The notes below the pieces were generated by a model. It was not told the origin of the DNA, made no database searches, and was given only the letters and a program-made list of their open reading frames with translations. From Crocinitomicaceae bacterium (GTDB lineage: Bacteria > Bacteroidota > Bacteroidia > Flavobacteriales_D > Crocinitomicaceae): a stretch of DNA of 57,794 nt. Location: NCBI GenBank assembly GCA_045105095.1, contig JBGCDF010000302.1:1-57794 (forward strand), in the 5' to 3' direction. A program made the position numbers and the translations under genes. Shown piece by piece: positions 55,184 through 57,794 of the stretch. Numbering within the stretch: position 1 is the stretch's first letter; each line of letters opens with the position of its first letter.

Positions 55184-56269
55184 GTGAAAAATCAACACCA
55201 CGATATAGTTATTATTGGAACCAGTCCACTAGCGATTACCGAAGCTGTTTGGCAGAAATCGAAGGGGAAAACGGTTATCAATATTGACGATAAGGCAATT
55301 GCTGGTGGTGCATGGACAACAATCAAATACGAGGGGATTCCTGAAGTAGAAATCGGTTGTCATATTTGGGAAGTTGAAAAAGGTGCCACGGATTTTTTGC
55401 GCACTTTTTTTGGCTTGAATCTCATTCCGTTGAAGCCTCAACCTCGACTTCTGAAAAAGGGAATGTCAATTCCGTACGATTGGAAAATGAATCTGATGAC
55501 GAGCAAGTACATTGTTTCAAAATTGATCAGATTCAAGTTCAGGGAAATGAAAGCAGGTTTGAAATCACCCGCACGAACCTTTTCTCTCGTTCCAAGAAAA
55601 TATGTGTATCCAAAAGGTGGTGCGAACGAATTGCACAAACAGGTAATGAACAAGATTCAGTCACAGGAACTAGAACTTTCATTGAACACAAATGTGCGTT
55701 CGGTAAAATTGACGGACAGTCAGGTAGAACTTGAACTAAAAAATGGAGATCAATTACGTTGCGAAAAATTGGTTTTGACCTCACTTTCCTCTATTGAGAA
55801 CATTGAATTTGCCGATGGTTCTTCTATTTCCCCAGAAACGAAGCAGGTGGATTATATTCATGTTCATCTATTGATGGATACGACTATTCCTAAAACATTT
55901 TCCTATGAGCGTTGGATGGACGACGAGTATATTCACCGAGTTAGCGATATGACTTCTCAGGTGAGTACAGAACTCGAAGGGAATCAGAAGTTGCTGTGTG
56001 TGGGTATTCACGCGAAGGAATACCATGCTTCCGATCGTGAAACCTTGCTGAAAGAAATCATTCAACGATTAAAGGATCGAACGTTGATCGAAAAGGATGC
56101 AAAGCTGATTCAAAGTGGCTTTAACGTGTTTCCTTCTTATTACAATCCCCCAGGGAAATTGACCGAAGTTGAGAATCGATCAGGTGGGAAGATTGCTGTT
56201 TTACGCTCTACGAGTTTTACGTATTCGTTTTTTAATCAGGCGGAGCGGTACGCTGAACTAATTGAGTAA
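55184..56269 (+). CDS. NAD(P)/FAD-binding Rossmann-fold oxidoreductase-like protein
   Basis: 361 aa with a GTG start 3 nt after the receptor stop. The N-terminus HDIVIIGTSPLAITEAVWQKSKGKTVINIDDKAIAGGAW is a dinucleotide-binding beta-alpha-beta pattern, with GTSPLA in place of GxGxxG/A. Confidence 0.55.
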   Translation: MKNQHHDIVIIGTSPLAITEAVWQKSKGKTVINIDDKAIAGGAWTTIKYEGIPEVEIGCHIWEVEKGATDFLRTFFGLNLIPLKPQPRLLKKGMSIPYDWKMNLMTSKYIVSKLIRFKFREMKAGLKSPARTFSLVPRKYVYPKGGANELHKQVMNKIQSQELELSLNTNVRSVKLTDSQVELELKNGDQLRCEKLVLTSLSSIENIEFADGSSISPETKQVDYIHVHLLMDTTIPKTFSYERWMDDEYIHRVSDMTSQVSTELEGNQKLLCVGIHAKEYHASDRETLLKEIIQRLKDRTLIEKDAKLIQSGFNVFPSYYNPPGKLTEVENRSGGKIAVLRSTSFTYSFFNQAERYAELIE

Positions 56270-56287
56270 CTGCCTGTTTAGTTTTGT

Positions 56288-56487
56288 CACCGCAAAGAGC
56301 GCAAAGGCGCAAAGGTTGTAAGGGTTAACGTGATTCTTTACTTGCTAAAATACTTCTGCAAAGTAGCCTTAATTTATAATCAAGCGCGGTGGGAAGGTCC
56401 GCCGTCTTATGTACTCGTTTTACAATCAAACTGAACAATCTATTGAATTGAACATTTAGGGCTTTGCGTCTTCGCGAACTTTGCGGT
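56288..56487. repeat. Imperfect 27-bp inverted repeats (CGCAAAG-rich) flanking about 143 bp; MITE-like or REP-like element
   Basis: ACCGCAAAGAGCGCAAAGGCGCAAAGG (left, 56289-56315) aligns with the reverse complement of GGGCTTTGCGTCTTCGCGAACTTTGCGGT (right, about 56459-56487), matching about 22 of 27 positions by eye. Confidence 0.5.
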
Positions 56488-56560
56488 AAAATAATATTCG
56501 CAAAGCTTGTCTGGGGATCACCGAACTATCTTTTGAGGAGAAAAATGATCCGAATCTCTT

Positions 56561-56601
56561 ATAAAAAACAAATCAAATGAGCATTACACCCATTTGATTT
56601 G
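56561..56601 (-). terminator. Rho-independent terminator of the multicopper oxidase gene
   Basis: The minus strand reads CAAATCAAATGggtgtaatgctCATTTGATTTG (11-bp stem), followed by TTTTTTAT. Confidence 0.65.
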
Positions 56602-56626
56602 TAAAATTTGTATCGATTCTAGGATG

Positions 56627-57794
56627 CTATTGAAGCACCATTTTTTGGACGAATCGTTTATTTCCTGAAGAGTACTCCACAGTTATTATTCCTCTCGGTA
56701 AGTGGTCCGTTGGAACATTTGATCCCGGTAAGGATTGCATATCTCTTTCATCCAACAGTCTTCCTTGTACATCGTAAAAACGCAATACACCAGCATCTTG
56801 GAAGTCTCCTTTGAAATTAATCTCATTGGTAGCTGGGTTCGGGAATAAGACAATTGTCGTAAATTGCTCTTCTCCGACATTTGTCGTTGGTACCAATGAA
56901 TCTACCACTACGAATTGATGCATCATACTGTGATCCTCATGCGTAAGAATATGACAGTGGTACATGAATCCATGCGTAAACAAGCTATCCATATCCCATG
57001 GACTCGGGAAGCTATCAAATCGTGCGACGTAGCTCAGTTCCGATGCATCTCGAATAAGCTGCACATCTTTATATCCAAACAGCTCGTCTGGCAGGTTCGG
57101 ATAAACAAATGTTCCAATAGAATCCATAAAACCACCTTTTCCATCTGGGATACCTACCTTACCTACATATTCAGTCACCTGAAATTGTACTTTATGAATA
57201 TGCCAAGGATGAGCCTTATCAGTAGTGTTGTCAATAATCCATTCTTCTTTTGTATTCACCAATACTGTATCATTGATCACATTCATCATCATCGGAATAC
57301 TATCGATTGACCATAAACCTCCAGTTCCACCGCCCCCATATAAGTTTTTGGTTCTTGTTTTAAATATTGATCCCGGAGCAATGTCATACGGCTTTAACGT
57401 TGCAGGTAAAGAGGTAACTGGGTTTTGGGGCTGAATCGTCGTATCGACAACAAAAGCGCACAGCGCTGAACTAAACCAGTTTTTACCATACAATGCGTCA
57501 TCTGGCACCTTATTATTGAAGTGAGTGAGATAGACCGTATCTCCATGGTTGTACTGACCGAAATCAAAGACAAACTCTCTACGATCTCCCAGTGACAATA
57601 AATTATTGGTAAACGGACGTGGATAATCTACGTAACCTCCTCCAGTTGCTACCAAATACATGGTCTCAAAATGAACAGAATCACTGGCTGTAGTATAATC
57701 ATACAATAGATTCTCGGTCAATCCGATATTGAATATTTTAATGGTTGCTCCATTCAGCATACGCAGTCGAACCATTGACTGAGGCACATGTAGC
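56627..57794 (-). CDS. Multicopper oxidase with a T9SS C-terminal domain; the 5' end lies outside the window
   Basis: The frame is open to the window edge (..LHVPQSMVRLRMLNGA). Copper sites HPWHIHKVQF and FMYHCHILTHEDHSMM. C-terminal VLFPNPATNEINFKG...GIITVEYSSGNKRFVQKMVLQ. Confidence 0.88.
   Translation of the reverse strand, partial: LHVPQSMVRLRMLNGATIKIFNIGLTENLLYDYTTASDSVHFETMYLVATGGGYVDYPRPFTNNLLSLGDRREFVFDFGQYNHGDTVYLTHFNNKVPDDALYGKNWFSSALCAFVVDTTIQPQNPVTSLPATLKPYDIAPGSIFKTRTKNLYGGGGTGGLWSIDSIPMMMNVINDTVLVNTKEEWIIDNTTDKAHPWHIHKVQFQVTEYVGKVGIPDGKGGFMDSIGTFVYPNLPDELFGYKDVQLIRDASELSYVARFDSFPSPWDMDSLFTHGFMYHCHILTHEDHSMMHQFVVVDSLVPTTNVGEEQFTTIVLFPNPATNEINFKGDFQDAGVLRFYDVQGRLLDERDMQSLPGSNVPTDHLPRGIITVEYSSGNKRFVQKMVLQ

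Overview
The window looks like chromosomal DNA from a Bacteroidota (Flavobacteriia-like) genome. The evidence is a type IX secretion (T9SS) SprA translocon gene, at least six proteins ending in T9SS type-A C-terminal sorting domains ('..FPNPA/YPNPS..'), a CarboxypepD_reg-type TonB-dependent receptor, and TAnnTTTG-type -7 promoter boxes. Housekeeping genes I recognise with confidence are maeB, ruvA, sprA, a Sir2/CobB deacylase, an acyl-CoA dehydrogenase, recJ, ileS, dxs, an FKBP PPIase and gpsA. Between them lie accessory genes: a ricin-lectin/PL7 alginate lyase, a 2065-aa alpha-2-macroglobulin with an intact CxEQ thioester, a tandem-duplicated chagasin-like protein, an orphan endolysin-like amidase with four SH3b repeats, a secreted phage-tail-collar protein, a ParE-type toxin-antitoxin pair, a vWA T9SS cargo and a multicopper oxidase. 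I saw no rRNA, tRNA, CRISPR array, integrase or transposase. The most interesting unexplained items are: (1) a tightly overlapped three-gene cassette at 49316-50635 (GNAT-like, HigA-like HTH, small unknown protein) that may be an uncharacterised TA or defence-type module; (2) three 20-bp-phased direct repeats between a membrane LytTR regulator and a TonB-receptor/flavoprotein pair; (3) a protease-inhibitor neighbourhood (A2M plus the tandem I42-like protein); (4) the signal-less amidase-SH3b lysin, flanked by decayed fragments of paralogous T9SS cargo genes; (5) a family of long REP-like palindromic elements in several intergenic regions. All homology calls come from reading motifs by eye, and no database search was run.
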